Shown in pieces: positions 31,037 to 42,442 of a stretch of DNA of 64,000 nucleotides. Source of the DNA: Pelagomonas calceolata (taxonomy: Eukaryota). The notes beneath the pieces were generated by a model that saw only the letters and a list, made by a program, of their open reading frames with translations, was not told the DNA's origin and did not search any database. Location of the stretch: positions 1,612,001-1,676,000 of the forward strand of contig CAKKNE010000003.1 of the NCBI GenBank assembly GCA_918797485.1, read 5' to 3'. The first letter of the stretch is position 1. Each line of letters opens with the position of its first letter. The position numbers and the translations under genes are program-made.

Positions 31037-32098
31037 ATGGGCTGTGTAATCTCTGCCGAAGACTACACGCCGCCGGGCACCGGCGCCACCGAAGACGGCC
31101 CACGCCTGGTCCTCACATCCAAGGGGGCAGCCGACGCGATCTACTTCGAGAATGCGCACGCGCTCCGCCAGCCCGGCGGCGCGCTTCTGACGCTGCGCAA
31201 CGGCATGGCCGTCGTGCCGCGGTACGACTATCCGCGCAAGATCATGGAGTGGAGCTACATCGAGTTGGGATTGGGCCCACGCCACATGGCCATGCGCGTC
31301 CGGCTGGACGGGGAGTTCCTCGTACGCGTGCACGACGAGCGCGTGTTCGACATCGCGTGGTGGAAATACGAGGTCGGGAATCACCTTAGTATCCTGAGGT
31401 CGACGGCGTGTCATCCCGGCCATACGCGCTACGGCAACGGCGGCCGCAGCTTTGTCGTAAACCCAGACGGGACGATCTCCCCGAAGTGTGCGCAGCACCT
31501 CGTCCTGGGCGCCGGCATTCCAACCTTCTCCTTCGTGCCGGCCGGGTCGCCGCTCGTCTGCCGCTTCCAGCACGCCAAGGCGCTCGCCGCCGGCCAACAG
31601 GTCCCGCTCACGCTGGCGAGCCACCCGGGCCTCGCCGTCGTCCAGGTCTTCGACGAGCCGCGCGAGGCGTTCGGCGAGTGGCACTACAAGGCGCTCGGGC
31701 TCGGTCCGGCGAGTAAGGCGGTCGTGGCCTCGCGCCAGGGATCGTTCTTCGTCGACAAGGCCGGCTGGTACGTCTGCCCGAGCATGATGAATATACATCA
31801 GGGCAATCACACGGATTTAGTAGTAAACCGGCACAACCATCCGGCCCGGATACACGAGGAACATCGCAAACACGGTGGCAAGCGCCCGCTCGACTTCGAG
31901 TTCCACGCCGACGGCTCCGTCGCCCCCGCGTCGGCGCCGCACCTGCGCCTCGGCTGCTCGTTCCCGCCAATAGGTGGCTCCGCGGTCGCCTCGGAGGAGC
32001 AGTACGAGTCGCCCATGGCCGAACCCGTCCAGGGCGTCGTCGTCGAGGGCGTCGTCGTCGCGGGGGAGGTGATGGGCGTCGTCGCCAAGGAATACTAG
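31037..32098 (+). CDS. Protein made of two internal repeats of an unknown domain; MGC N-terminus (possible acylation)
   Basis: Duplicated module (EWxYxxLGLGP ... F...DG(T/S)(I/V)xP..(A)xHLxLG). Confidence 0.75.
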   Translation: MGCVISAEDYTPPGTGATEDGPRLVLTSKGAADAIYFENAHALRQPGGALLTLRNGMAVVPRYDYPRKIMEWSYIELGLGPRHMAMRVRLDGEFLVRVHDERVFDIAWWKYEVGNHLSILRSTACHPGHTRYGNGGRSFVVNPDGTISPKCAQHLVLGAGIPTFSFVPAGSPLVCRFQHAKALAAGQQVPLTLASHPGLAVVQVFDEPREAFGEWHYKALGLGPASKAVVASRQGSFFVDKAGWYVCPSMMNIHQGNHTDLVVNRHNHPARIHEEHRKHGGKRPLDFEFHADGSVAPASAPHLRLGCSFPPIGGSAVASEEQYESPMAEPVQGVVVEGVVVAGEVMGVVAKEY

Positions 32099-32157
32099 GC
32101 CCAGTCAGGGCCGCCAGGCGGCCTAGGTCTAAGCAATTAACCCACCCCAACCATTAC

Positions 32158-35148
32158 TCAGGGCGCCCGCAGCAGCGCGCAGATCGCCGCGAGCCCCAGC
32201 GGCGCGAGCGACCGGGCCGTCGTCTTGACGCAGACCTTGCACGCCGCGACGCCGCTCTTGAACGTGAGCTCCACCAAATACTCCGCCTCCGGTCCGAGCA
32301 GCTGCACCGAGAAGTAGGCCACTTCCGATCCGACCTGGCCCGGGACGGCCCGCCGCGCGACGGGGTGGCACCGCCGCGCCGCGAGTTTCGCGACCGCCGC
32401 GTCTATGGAAGGACCGGTCGGTAAATCAGCCACAGTAGCATAACTCTCATTGGCGTCGTCGATGGCCTTCCACCTCGCTATGAAGGCCGACCGATCCACC
32501 GTCGCGTCCGCGGCAAACACGGCGTCCAGCGGGCACGGCGCGGCCAGGTAAAACACGGCCCCCGTGTCCGCGTTCTTTAATGCTATTTGCACGTTCACGC
32601 CGGCACCCGCCGTCATGGCCGGCACCTGCGACAGCATCTTCGCGTCGCCCGCTCTCAGCCTCACCCGTTTCGGTCGCGTCGTTCCTGGCAACAAAGGAGG
32701 GTCGAACTGGAGCGAAGGTGCGTCCGCCGGCGCCAGCCCAAAGGGCGACTTGTTCAGCTGAATTTGCAACAAACGAACAGGCTGCGGCCCCGCGTTCGAC
32801 ACCTCGAGGTCCAGCGCTATCGTCCGCTGCTCGCCAGCGTTGAACGCCGCGGCGATGCCAACACCTCCTGATTGTTGCGACGGCTGCAACACAGAAACGG
32901 GCTTGCGCAAGGGTGCCGGTGCTGGTGGTGGGGTATTTGCGCCAAACAACGCGGACCCGCCGAAGGGGTCGTTTTGTGAAGGGGCCATCAGATCACCGCC
33001 GAAGATGTCTCCGGACGGTTGCGACGGCGGCACGACGGGGTCGCCGCCAAAGATGTCGCCCAAGGCGTCGGCCACCAGCGCGTCGCCACCAGACTTGGGA
33101 GGTTCGGGCACGGCCGCGGCGACGGGGCCCATGTCGAGCAGATCCAGCAGGTCCCCACCACCACCCTGTGGTGCTGGTGCCGGTTCCTCGTCGTCAGCAG
33201 GCGCGTCGTCGAAGTCGTCGTAGGTCTCCTCCTCCTCCTCCTCCTTCAGAGTCTTCTCGTTCACGAACGCTTCGGGCGGCTTGTGGTACACCGAGGCTAG
33301 GGTACCGATCTGCGACAGTAACAAATCCAGCGTCGCCTCATCCAACTTCGCCGTGTCGTCTTCCACGGGCGGCTTCGGTCCTAATACAATAGCTTTTGCG
33401 GCCTCCGGGTCATTCGAGAGTAACCTCCAGTATATATAGCCTCTATCCCTCAGGTCGGGGTCGTCCGTGCACTCCGTGGACATGGACAACACAGATTGCA
33501 CCATCTGCTGCGCCTCGCCTCGTTGCGGGGACTTGAGGAAGAGCTTCACACACGCCGTGAGTAACTGTAGGCGTACCGCGTGCTCGGACTCGCGGAAATC
33601 TTCCAGGAAGCCGCTCAATAGTTCATCAGCATTCTCTATACTATCAGCATATTCCCCGACGATCCAGATCATCGCTTCTTTGGCTTCCGGTTCGTCTAAC
33701 GACTCGAGATTTTCGCATAGAGCCCCTATTATGGATTCGTATCTGTTCGGATACCTCCGGAAGATATTCGCGACCACGACAACCGCAGCTTGCACAACAT
33801 AAGGCACGCGCGCCTTGATCAACTCCAGCAACACGTTCACGCATCGTTGGGCGGCATTCTCGAGCTTCACCGCGACGCGACCCACGGCCTTGATGGCCGT
33901 GCGCACAAAGTCCACGTCGACCTCCTGCGAGTACTCCTTGAGCTCCAAGAGCACTTGATCCACCGTCCGGTCCGAAACCAACCGGATCATGATTTCCAGC
34001 TTTTCCAATTTGACGTAGAGCGGGTCATTATATCTACAAAAGAAGATCTTGATCTCGTTCTCTAGTATTCTTTGATCTCGCTGCACGATCAAATTCACGT
34101 TCCGCAACGCCACGTAGCAGAGCTCGGGCTCGGCGGTGTTGACCATCGTCACGAGCGGCGGACTCAATTTCTTCCTATAACCAACACAAAGTTCGGATTC
34201 TGGATCCAAAGCCTCGTGCATGTACTGCAAGATGACCTTGATCGCCGACAGCACCACGGCACTATTCGCGTGCTGCAGCCGCGGCATGACGCGCTCGATG
34301 ATGCGCTCCGCGTCCTTCGCCTCTTCCGGGACGTACTTCGCCAACGCATCCAAAATACTAACTTGCCCCCACTCCGTGCACTCGTTTAAAGCCGCTAAGA
34401 GCTTCTGGAGTTTCGCGGACGACATGCCCATGACGTCGTCGCTTCCTTTGTCCTCGTCGGCGATTTCACTGAGAGCGGCCACCGCGTTCGCCACCACGGT
34501 CGGGTTCGCGTCCGCCACTAAGTCTCGCAACAGATCCAGGAAGCCCCGATCCTTCACGAGATCAGGCGAGATGTCGTGCAGTTTCGCGACGCACACCGCG
34601 GCCGTTTTTCGCACGTAGGGATCTTCATCTTTGAGAGCGCGTTCCAAAGGCTCACATAAATACTCCGTGATCCTCTCGACGCGTATGCAGCCCATCGTGC
34701 GAATAGCTAACGCTCGCACGAGCGGATTGGGGTCCGCGGCGTCGCGCACGAACGTATTCACGGCTAACAGCGCCAGATCCGGATGCGTCTTCGCATGGTT
34801 CACCAAATATAAGTAAACAAGCTTCTTCAGCTCGATGTTGCCCGTCTGGATGCAGTTTAGGACGTCGGGAAATAACGCCGACACGTCCTTGCCCACCGTC
34901 ATATTAGCAATAACCTTCTTGACGGCGTTGATTTTTTTATCTTTCGACGCGGCCTGGAGTTCCAACCTGATTTCCTGCGTCTCGCCTTTTTTTGTACTGG
35001 AAAAGAAGCGGCCGTCGCCGCCGGCGACGTTCGGGGCAGAAACACCAGCAGCACCCATGGCCTGGGCCATGGACTTCTCCATGCCCGCGGCGCGCGCCAT
35101 CTTCATGGCGCGGCTCGCCGCTTCTCTTTGGAGTTGCGAGGCGTTCAT
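32158..35148 (-). CDS. AP-1/AP-2 complex beta-adaptin
   Basis: KKVIANMTVGKDVS, ELKKLVYLYL, DPNPLVRALAIRTM, DLRDRGYIYWRLL, DLLDL clathrin-box-like hinge, ear domain. Confidence 0.95.
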   Translation of the reverse strand: MNASQLQREAASRAMKMARAAGMEKSMAQAMGAAGVSAPNVAGGDGRFFSSTKKGETQEIRLELQAASKDKKINAVKKVIANMTVGKDVSALFPDVLNCIQTGNIELKKLVYLYLVNHAKTHPDLALLAVNTFVRDAADPNPLVRALAIRTMGCIRVERITEYLCEPLERALKDEDPYVRKTAAVCVAKLHDISPDLVKDRGFLDLLRDLVADANPTVVANAVAALSEIADEDKGSDDVMGMSSAKLQKLLAALNECTEWGQVSILDALAKYVPEEAKDAERIIERVMPRLQHANSAVVLSAIKVILQYMHEALDPESELCVGYRKKLSPPLVTMVNTAEPELCYVALRNVNLIVQRDQRILENEIKIFFCRYNDPLYVKLEKLEIMIRLVSDRTVDQVLLELKEYSQEVDVDFVRTAIKAVGRVAVKLENAAQRCVNVLLELIKARVPYVVQAAVVVVANIFRRYPNRYESIIGALCENLESLDEPEAKEAMIWIVGEYADSIENADELLSGFLEDFRESEHAVRLQLLTACVKLFLKSPQRGEAQQMVQSVLSMSTECTDDPDLRDRGYIYWRLLSNDPEAAKAIVLGPKPPVEDDTAKLDEATLDLLLSQIGTLASVYHKPPEAFVNEKTLKEEEEEETYDDFDDAPADDEEPAPAPQGGGGDLLDLLDMGPVAAAVPEPPKSGGDALVADALGDIFGGDPVVPPSQPSGDIFGGDLMAPSQNDPFGGSALFGANTPPPAPAPLRKPVSVLQPSQQSGGVGIAAAFNAGEQRTIALDLEVSNAGPQPVRLLQIQLNKSPFGLAPADAPSLQFDPPLLPGTTRPKRVRLRAGDAKMLSQVPAMTAGAGVNVQIALKNADTGAVFYLAAPCPLDAVFAADATVDRSAFIARWKAIDDANESYATVADLPTGPSIDAAVAKLAARRCHPVARRAVPGQVGSEVAYFSVQLLGPEAEYLVELTFKSGVAACKVCVKTTARSLAPLGLAAICALLRAP

Positions 35149-35802
35149 TTTGTGCCGTCCCTTGCTCGCGCGCGGTCAGGGTCGGCGACGCCCCTGTGGT
35201 TTCAGGGCGCGCGGCAGCCGCTTGCGCAAATTTCCGGTGGTCTCCGCGCTCGCCCCGCGCCGCACGAGCCCCCGAGCTACGCAACGCGTGCAGCGCGTGC
35301 GGTCGCCGCCTCACAGCAGTTTTGGTGCTTGGCGCGCTGGTTGCGCGCAGCGGTGCCTCGAAAGCTGGACCTTGCGCAGCGATGAGGATAGAGCAGGCAA
35401 ATAGCGCCGCAGCAACGCGCGTTGGGCACGCGGGAGGTCAAAAATGGCCGACCAAAATGCGAGGGAACCCGTTTTGATGGTTTAGGCCCTTCGAGGCGGA
35501 CGCGTTTCAGGCATCTTGATCGACGCAGGCTCGCCAGGGATCGCGTCTTGCAGGCTTTGACTTTTGCTCGAGTGCTGAAACTTTTGGAGCTTTGCAACCA
35601 AAAAGACGAATTATCCGCGCGCGAGGCAAGCCGACGTAACCAGTGGACACGAACGCTGTGCAAGACGTGCTCTGAAACGATTCGGACACAGAAGACTGCT
35701 CGCCGAACGACGCCGCAGCCGTATTCCTGCAGCAAAGCACAGCAGGAGTAGAATTCGAGCCGCGCGTGAGCAGCGCGTGACTTGTCGTGAGCCGAGGCAA
35801 CC

Positions 35803-36504
35803 ATGGGCAACACCTGGGGCCGCAAGGTCCCGCTCAAAGAGGTGCTGCGCAAGAACAAGCGTGAGATCAATAAAGCGGTAAGAGAGCTCGACCGCGAACG
35901 AGCCAACCTAGAGAAGCAGGAGCTAAAACTCGTCGCCGACATCAAGAAGTACGCCAAGGACGGCCAGATGGGCCCCGTCAAGATCATGGCGAAAGATCTC
36001 GTGCGAACGAGAACATATATAACGAAATTTATAGAGTTAAGATCGCACTTGAACGCCGTCGCCCTCAAATTACAAACGGTCAAGTCCCAGGAGGCCATGG
36101 CGCGCGCGATGAAATCCGTCACGGAAGCCATGGTTAGGATGAACAAGACCGTGAATATTCCTAGCATCCAGAAGATCATGGTCAATTTTCAAGTGGAGAA
36201 CGAGCGCGCAGAGATGACCCAAGAGGTCATGGGCGACATGCTCGACGATGCCATGGCGGAAGACGGCGACAGCGACGAGGAGGAGAAGATTGTCGGGGCC
36301 GTCTTGGACGAGATCGGCATCTCGTTTGGGGACACGATCCCGGACGCGCCGGACGCGATGGCGGCGCGGCCGCAGGCGGCGCCGGTGGCAGTAGCTGATG
36401 CGGTCGGTGGTGGTGGTGGTGGTCCGCCCCCACCGCCGGGCGGCGGCGGCGGCGACACGACGGTGTCCGACCTCGAGGCGCGGCTGAACAACCTGCGCAA
36501 ATAG
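35803..36504 (+). CDS. VPS2: ESCRT-III subunit Vps2/CHMP2A
   Basis: KIMAKDLVRTR, VLDEIG, C-terminal MIM DLEARLNNLRK. Confidence 0.95.
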   Translation: MGNTWGRKVPLKEVLRKNKREINKAVRELDRERANLEKQELKLVADIKKYAKDGQMGPVKIMAKDLVRTRTYITKFIELRSHLNAVALKLQTVKSQEAMARAMKSVTEAMVRMNKTVNIPSIQKIMVNFQVENERAEMTQEVMGDMLDDAMAEDGDSDEEEKIVGAVLDEIGISFGDTIPDAPDAMAARPQAAPVAVADAVGGGGGGPPPPPGGGGGDTTVSDLEARLNNLRK

Positions 36505-36604
36505 TCGCTGTTTTTAATATCGTGTACCAGTATCCTGTGCCCGCTCGCGGCGAGTGTTGGGGAGACGTGCACGCCATCGACGAGCAAATCACACACCTAC
36601 ATTT

Positions 36605-37312
36605 TTACCTCCGAGCCGCCCTTTCCCGCCGCCCCGCGTCCTGCGCCTCGGCGGCCACGCACGCCTCCTTGACGGCATCCACCAACTCCTTCAGCCCGTC
36701 CTCGAGCGACTCCGGCTCGTCGAGGGGCTCCTCGGGCGGCGCCTTGCCCTCCAAACAAAGGCGCGCGTGCTCCGCGGCCTCGTGCGCGCGGATCCTATCC
36801 GAAATGAGCACCGCCCGCTCGACGACGGCCTCCTCGCTCTCCTCGTGGTCCGTGTACGGCGGCGCGTCGGGCCCCGCCAGCATCTCCTTGATCTGTTGCC
36901 GCGCGTCGGCGGCGGCCGCCCTCAATCGAGCTGCCGTCGCGCGCCGCTGTCTAGCCTCCTCCTCGAGGTGCTGCTTTAGATTCGAGCGCGCCTCGGGGAT
37001 GCGCAGCTTCCCGACCTCGGAGTGCATCTCGTCGAAGAGCTTCTGGAGCGCTTCGCCCTTGGACTCGACCTGCTGCTCGGCGTCGAAGGCCTCGCTCGAC
37101 GCGGCCAACCGTAGCAGTTCGCAGAAGCAGCGCACCGCCTCGCGATTCAACCTCTTGATGACGGCGCAGTGCTCCGCGACGGGGCGCTCCGCCTCCCAGA
37201 AGCTGTCGTCCTCGTCGGGGCTTCCGAAGCTCCTTAATTTCTTATTTTTCGGCGGGCGCGGCGGCACGAGGTCGTCGTCGCGGTACCAGGCGGGCGGGCG
37301 GGGGAGCTCCAT
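36605..37312 (-). CDS. MED7: Mediator subunit Med7-like
   Basis: LPRPPAWY..PPRPP..SFG..IKRLN..F.ELL..LFDEMH..LR..EAR pattern. Confidence 0.7.
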   Translation of the reverse strand: MELPRPPAWYRDDDLVPPRPPKNKKLRSFGSPDEDDSFWEAERPVAEHCAVIKRLNREAVRCFCELLRLAASSEAFDAEQQVESKGEALQKLFDEMHSEVGKLRIPEARSNLKQHLEEEARQRRATAARLRAAAADARQQIKEMLAGPDAPPYTDHEESEEAVVERAVLISDRIRAHEAAEHARLCLEGKAPPEEPLDEPESLEDGLKELVDAVKEACVAAEAQDAGRRERAARR

Positions 37313-37891
37313 CTTTGTGTTGGTGGTGGTGCTTGCGAGCGTCCGGCGCGCGCGATTGACGCACGAGGTCGCCGCTGCGCCGACGCGGCGACGGCGTGCA
37401 GCGGACTCGGTGCTTGCCGCGGCCGACAAGCGTCTGTCACTCGCTCGCTGTCACTGAGGTGCTCCGCTGGCGTGTTGAGCTACCTCTCCTTGCTAGCAAC
37501 CCCCTGCAGTGCTGTTTATAGCGCTATTTTTGGCAAAAATCGCGTGAAAAACCCGATCTCTAGTGTCTTTACGCTAGGAGGTCCTTGCTTCGCTCTCCTC
37601 GCTCGCGGCCTATAGCCTCTTATTTTGCCCAGCGAGGCGCCCAGAGAAGCGACACACCACCCCGCAGCCGCCCGCGGGCGCCTGAAAAAATCTGGCGCTT
37701 CAAACGAGCTCTCCAGAGCCGTGAGAGCCCCCGGGTGACCTGCAGCGAGAATCGCGCCCGGCCGGCGCGCGGGCCCCTCCTGAGCCCAAGCGCGGAGCCC
37801 CGGTGAACCGCCCAAGCGCCAGGGCGCGCCGCGCACGACCTCAAGCCGCCCCGAGAAAGGCTTCGCCCGGCCTCACAAAAAGTCGTCCAAG

Positions 37892-39187
37892 ATGGTCAAG
37901 CAGCGCGTCTCCTACTTCTACGACACGGACGTGGGCCACTTTTACTATGGCCCGGGCCACCCCATGAAGCCCCACCGCATCAAGATGGCCCACCACCTCA
38001 TATTATCTACTGGGTTGTATAGGAAGCTCGACGTCTACCGGCCCCACCTCGCGGCGCCTCTAGAGATGACGCGGTTCCACTCCGACGACTACGTCAAGTT
38101 CCTCTCGAAAGTCTCTCCCGAGTCGACGAGACCATTCTTGCAACAGATGGCCCAATTCAACGTCGGCGAGTGCACGGACTGTCCCGTCTACGAGGGGCTC
38201 TTTGAATTTCAACAAATAGCGTCCGGCGCTAGTATTGATGGCGCCGTCAAACTGAACCACGGCGCCTGCGACGTGGCGATTAATTGGAGCGGTGGCCTGC
38301 ATCACGCGAAGAAAGCCGAGGCTTCCGGTTTTTGCTACATCAATGATATTGTACTAGCTATTTTAGAACTCCTAAAGTACCACGCAAGGGTACTATACAT
38401 CGACATCGACATCCACCACGGCGACGGCGTGGAAGAGGCGTTCTACTGCACGGACCGCGTGATGACGTGCTCCTTTCATAAATACGGCGACTTCTTCCCG
38501 GGCACGGGGGCCATCACGGATTTGGGAGCGAAGAAGGGCAAGTACTACAGCGTGAACTTCCCCCTGAAGGAAGGCATGGACGATGCATCCTATCAATCTG
38601 TGTTTGAACCGGTCATCGAGAAGATCATGGAGGTGTATAAACCTACCGCTATAGTATTGCAGTGCGGTGCCGATTCCTTGACTGGGGATAGATTGGGCTG
38701 TTTCAATCTGACGCTCAAAGGACATGGGGAGTGTGTGAGGTTCGTGAAAGGCTTTGGCGTACCCTTACTTGTTTTAGGAGGTGGTGGGTACACCATCAGG
38801 AACGTCGCCAGGTGCTGGGCCTACGAGACGTCAGTCGTACTAGACACTCCCTTGGGAGAAGATATACCTTATAATGACTACTACGAGTACTACGCCCCCG
38901 ATTTCAAGCTGCATTTGACGCCGTCCATGGCCATGGAGAACCTGAACGAGCGGGAGGAGCTGGAGCGGACGACGCAGGAGGTGCTGGAAAATTTGAGTGC
39001 TCTGAAGGGTGCACCTTCCCTGACATTACAAGATGTGCCGCCGGACTGGGCGACGCGCGACGCCGGGGCCGCCGCCGACGCCGCCGATCCTGATGTGAGA
39101 CAAATGACTGATAAGGACGGTGCCGAGAAGGCCGAGCATCCCGCCGAGTTCGAGCCGAAGGAGGGCGCGATGGACACGACGGACTAA
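37892..39187 (+). CDS. Class I histone deacetylase (HDAC3-like)
   Basis: [55 protein letters not shown]. Confidence 0.95.
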   Translation: MVKQRVSYFYDTDVGHFYYGPGHPMKPHRIKMAHHLILSTGLYRKLDVYRPHLAAPLEMTRFHSDDYVKFLSKVSPESTRPFLQQMAQFNVGECTDCPVYEGLFEFQQIASGASIDGAVKLNHGACDVAINWSGGLHHAKKAEASGFCYINDIVLAILELLKYHARVLYIDIDIHHGDGVEEAFYCTDRVMTCSFHKYGDFFPGTGAITDLGAKKGKYYSVNFPLKEGMDDASYQSVFEPVIEKIMEVYKPTAIVLQCGADSLTGDRLGCFNLTLKGHGECVRFVKGFGVPLLVLGGGGYTIRNVARCWAYETSVVLDTPLGEDIPYNDYYEYYAPDFKLHLTPSMAMENLNEREELERTTQEVLENLSALKGAPSLTLQDVPPDWATRDAGAAADAADPDVRQMTDKDGAEKAEHPAEFEPKEGAMDTTD

Positions 39188-39229
39188 GTAGTGATTACTA
39201 AGCGTCGCGGCGATGGTGTGCCAGTGGGG

Positions 39230-40351
39230 CTAGACACCTCCCTTGGCCAGCGCCTCGCGCGCCCCTTTCAGCGCTTCCTGGGCCTTCTGCGTCTCAGGAT
39301 GCGCCGGTCCGAAAATGCGCTTCCACAAATGCGCAACGGATTCAAGCGTCGCCACGGCTTCGTGCAGGTCATCAAGAGAGGCGCCTTCGTCCAAGTAGAG
39401 CACCCGCGCGTAAGTCCACCTCATCCTGAGCGTCAGTACATTTTCTTCTCCGAGAGTGCGTCGCGCCACGGGTATCGTTTTTCGAAAAAGTGACTTGGCT
39501 TCTTCGAAGCGCTGTAGATCATGAAGGGACACCGCGTAGTTGCCGGCTGCTCGGAGGGTGTTGGAATCCTCCTCGCCGTGTAACTTTAAACGTCCAGAGT
39601 ATACATCTCGCTCCATGCTTAGGGCCTTTTCTATGTTTCCAAGCATTGAATACGTGCTCGCAAGATTGCCCTGCACGACGAGGATGGCGTCTTCTGATTC
39701 GCCAAGTCGCCGCGTCATAGCCAATTCGGCCTCCTGTACGGTCAACGCGTCCGCGAGGTGTCCTGCAGAGGCTAAACCCATCCCCAGCAGCCCCATCGCG
39801 TTACTCCGAAACTGATCCGTCTCCGGCCGGCCCAAGTACGTCTTCCAGCACGCCCACCCGAGCGCGCACCGCACGACGCCGTGATATTCTTGCTCGCACA
39901 TGCTACACGCGTACCACCGGCGGTACCGCTCATCCAACACCTTGGCGCCCAAATTGTTCTCCTCCGCCTCCGCGAGCAAAATCTTCGCCTGCTCAGCCAA
40001 GCACGACACATGCGCGAAGCCCGCCGTCCCGCGGCACGCGCACCCGCGCACGAGACCCTCCTTCGTTTTCCAATGGAGGGCCTGCGTGCAGATGAAGCAC
40101 GTCTGGCCCTTCGTGTCCTCGGCGCACGCCTCCGCCGCGACCACTACGGCCTCCGTGTATCTCTTGTTGGCATTATATTGCTCGGCGCCGCCTGCCTTTT
40201 TTATTTGTTTGCAGAGCTTGTCGTGGCCGCCCTCTTCCCAATGTTTTTTCTGGCATTCGGCGCCACAGTAGCGCGTGCTGCAGCGGCCGCATTTCTTGCC
40301 CAAAGTTAGGCCAAGCTCGGTGGCGCAGACGGCGCACTGCGTGAGGATCAT
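39230..40351 (-). CDS. MYND zinc finger, RINGv-like finger and TPR repeat protein
   Basis: CAVC..CGRC..YCGAECQKKHW..H..C; CFIC..GCACRG..HVSC; kinesin-light-chain-type TPRs (HGEEDSNTL, LGEENVLTL, FGPAHPET). Confidence 0.85.
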   Translation of the reverse strand: MILTQCAVCATELGLTLGKKCGRCSTRYCGAECQKKHWEEGGHDKLCKQIKKAGGAEQYNANKRYTEAVVVAAEACAEDTKGQTCFICTQALHWKTKEGLVRGCACRGTAGFAHVSCLAEQAKILLAEAEENNLGAKVLDERYRRWYACSMCEQEYHGVVRCALGWACWKTYLGRPETDQFRSNAMGLLGMGLASAGHLADALTVQEAELAMTRRLGESEDAILVVQGNLASTYSMLGNIEKALSMERDVYSGRLKLHGEEDSNTLRAAGNYAVSLHDLQRFEEAKSLFRKTIPVARRTLGEENVLTLRMRWTYARVLYLDEGASLDDLHEAVATLESVAHLWKRIFGPAHPETQKAQEALKGAREALAKGGV

Positions 40352-40532
40352 CCTATATGTGGTCAAATCGCTCGGGGGCAGCCCTACGATGCAAAATCCC
40401 TGCACAAGCTTGAGCTGCGTAAAGGCTAGTGCCTTACAGCCGCTAGCTGCCGGCGGGGCAGCGCGAGACGCCGTCGCCGCGACGCCAAAGAAGGAGGTAG
40501 AAAAGTTCTTGTTACGCCATGGGAGCAGGAAC

Positions 40533-41909
40533 CTAAGACGGCGGCGCCGCCGGCGCGCCGCCACCTTCCGCACCAGAAGGGAAGAACTCCGCCGGGTGCT
40601 CCTTGTTGTCCGTCGTGCCTCGTTGATCGGGGTTCGTGTCCATGGCCTCGGCCTGCGACACGGACTCGGACGCCTCCTGGACCGCCGCGGCGACGGGCGC
40701 CGCCGCCGCGGCCGCGGGCGCAGCAGCAGCGTTGTCCGCCGACGTGTCCATGGCGCTCGCGTCACCACTCTTGATCTGAACACCAGGGACGGGCTCGACG
40801 TCGTCCAAGACCGAGAAGAGCTGCGCCTTGACGTGCTGCAGGTACTCCTTGGAATTAAGATTCTCCATGTTGCTCACCGGCATATGTAATCTATAGTCGG
40901 GCCCGTAGTACTCAAAATAATCGTTGTACGGCAGGACGTCCTTGATCTCCGTTCCGAGGAGCACCGACGTTTCGTACGTCCAGACGCGCGGGACGTTCCT
41001 CAAGGTGTAGCCACCGCCACCCAAGACTAACATGGGCACGCCGAAGCCCATGACGTACTTGACACAATCTGCATGACCTCTCAGCGACAGGTTGAAGCAG
41101 CCCAACCTATCTCCAGATAAACTATCGGCACCACATTGCAACACGACCGCACCGGGCGCAAATCTTTCCATGATCTTGCCGATCACCGGCTCAAACACCG
41201 ACTTGAACGAGGCGTCGTCCATGCCGTCATGTAACGGAAAGTTGATCGCGTAGTTCTTGCCCGCGTCGTAGCCGACGTCGTGTACATCCCCGGTACCCGG
41301 GAAGTACTCGCCGAACTTGTGGAAGGACACCGTCATGACTCGGTTGGTGGTGTAGAAGGCCTCTTCGACGCCGTCGCCGTGGTGGATGTCGATGTCGATG
41401 TATAACACGCGCTGGTGGCGCTTGAGCAACTCGAGAATACCAAGCACACAGTCGTTGACGTAGCAGAACCCCGACGCTTCCGACTTTTTGGCATGATGTA
41501 GACCCCCGGCCCAGTTGATGACTACATCACTCCATTGTTGATTGAGCCGAACAGCACCGCCAATACTCCCAGACGTGTACAATTGGCAGAACTCAAACAG
41601 CCCGTCAAAGACGGGGCAGTCCTCGCCGACGTTAAAGCGCTGCAACTGCCTTAGGTACTCGTGCATGTTGTCCGGCGTGATGATCTTGAGAAAATTTACG
41701 TAATCGTCACTATGGAACCTCGTGAGTAGTGCCGCGTTCACGGGCTTCGGCCGGAAAACCTCCATCATGCGGTAGAGGCCATAATTCACGACGAGATTAT
41801 GGGTCATGCGCACGCGGTGGGGCTTCATCGGGTGGCCCTGGCCGTAGTGGAAGTTCCCGATCTCGGCGTCGTAGAAGTACGACACGCGGCGGCCGTTCGA
41901 GGCGGCCAT
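40533..41909 (-). CDS. Class I histone deacetylase (HDAC1/Rpd3-like)
   Basis: [57 protein letters not shown]. Confidence 0.95.
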   Translation of the reverse strand: MAASNGRRVSYFYDAEIGNFHYGQGHPMKPHRVRMTHNLVVNYGLYRMMEVFRPKPVNAALLTRFHSDDYVNFLKIITPDNMHEYLRQLQRFNVGEDCPVFDGLFEFCQLYTSGSIGGAVRLNQQWSDVVINWAGGLHHAKKSEASGFCYVNDCVLGILELLKRHQRVLYIDIDIHHGDGVEEAFYTTNRVMTVSFHKFGEYFPGTGDVHDVGYDAGKNYAINFPLHDGMDDASFKSVFEPVIGKIMERFAPGAVVLQCGADSLSGDRLGCFNLSLRGHADCVKYVMGFGVPMLVLGGGGYTLRNVPRVWTYETSVLLGTEIKDVLPYNDYFEYYGPDYRLHMPVSNMENLNSKEYLQHVKAQLFSVLDDVEPVPGVQIKSGDASAMDTSADNAAAAPAAAAAAPVAAAVQEASESVSQAEAMDTNPDQRGTTDNKEHPAEFFPSGAEGGGAPAAPPS

Positions 41910-42442
41910 GGTGGTCTAGGGGCGCGATCCGATGTGAGAGAAGGCTGCGCGTGGACCTGGGGCGCGCTACTGTTTCGGTCAATAGGTCGCCGCCTGGCGC
42001 CAATTCCTGCTGCTACGGCCTGGGAGCTGTCTTTATCGATGCAGCGATCACCGGATACCTCTTGGCGCCCAACCTGAAGACTGTGGCAGCTCCTGGTGAG
42101 CTCTTCGCCTCTAGCGCAGGCAAAATGTGTTTGCGCCGCGATGGGCTTGGAGACCACTTGCGACGAATTTTGGTCTCCAAAAGCCACAAAGGAGGCTTCC
42201 GAAGGCTCCGCTATCGTTCCCCGGTGCCCAAAAGGCATACCTTAGCTCCAGAGGCCGACCACCTTTGAGAGAGGAGACAAAGGGCCTCTGCGGCGTAAAT
42301 CGCGCCATAGCGACAGCCTGTGCATCAGTTGTGCGCTTCAGGCATCGATCTGATATCTGTTTCGAAGGCCTACGAAGTTTCGGCATCGGTGCGTACCGGC
42401 AAGCCGCAAAACGAGCCACCCAGCTCGAGCTGTCATAGCAAA

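Noticed and set aside
40352..40783. N-terminal extension of the 517-aa ORF
   Set aside because: It overlaps the HDAC tail in another frame and crosses the intergenic motif; the likely start is ATG 40351.
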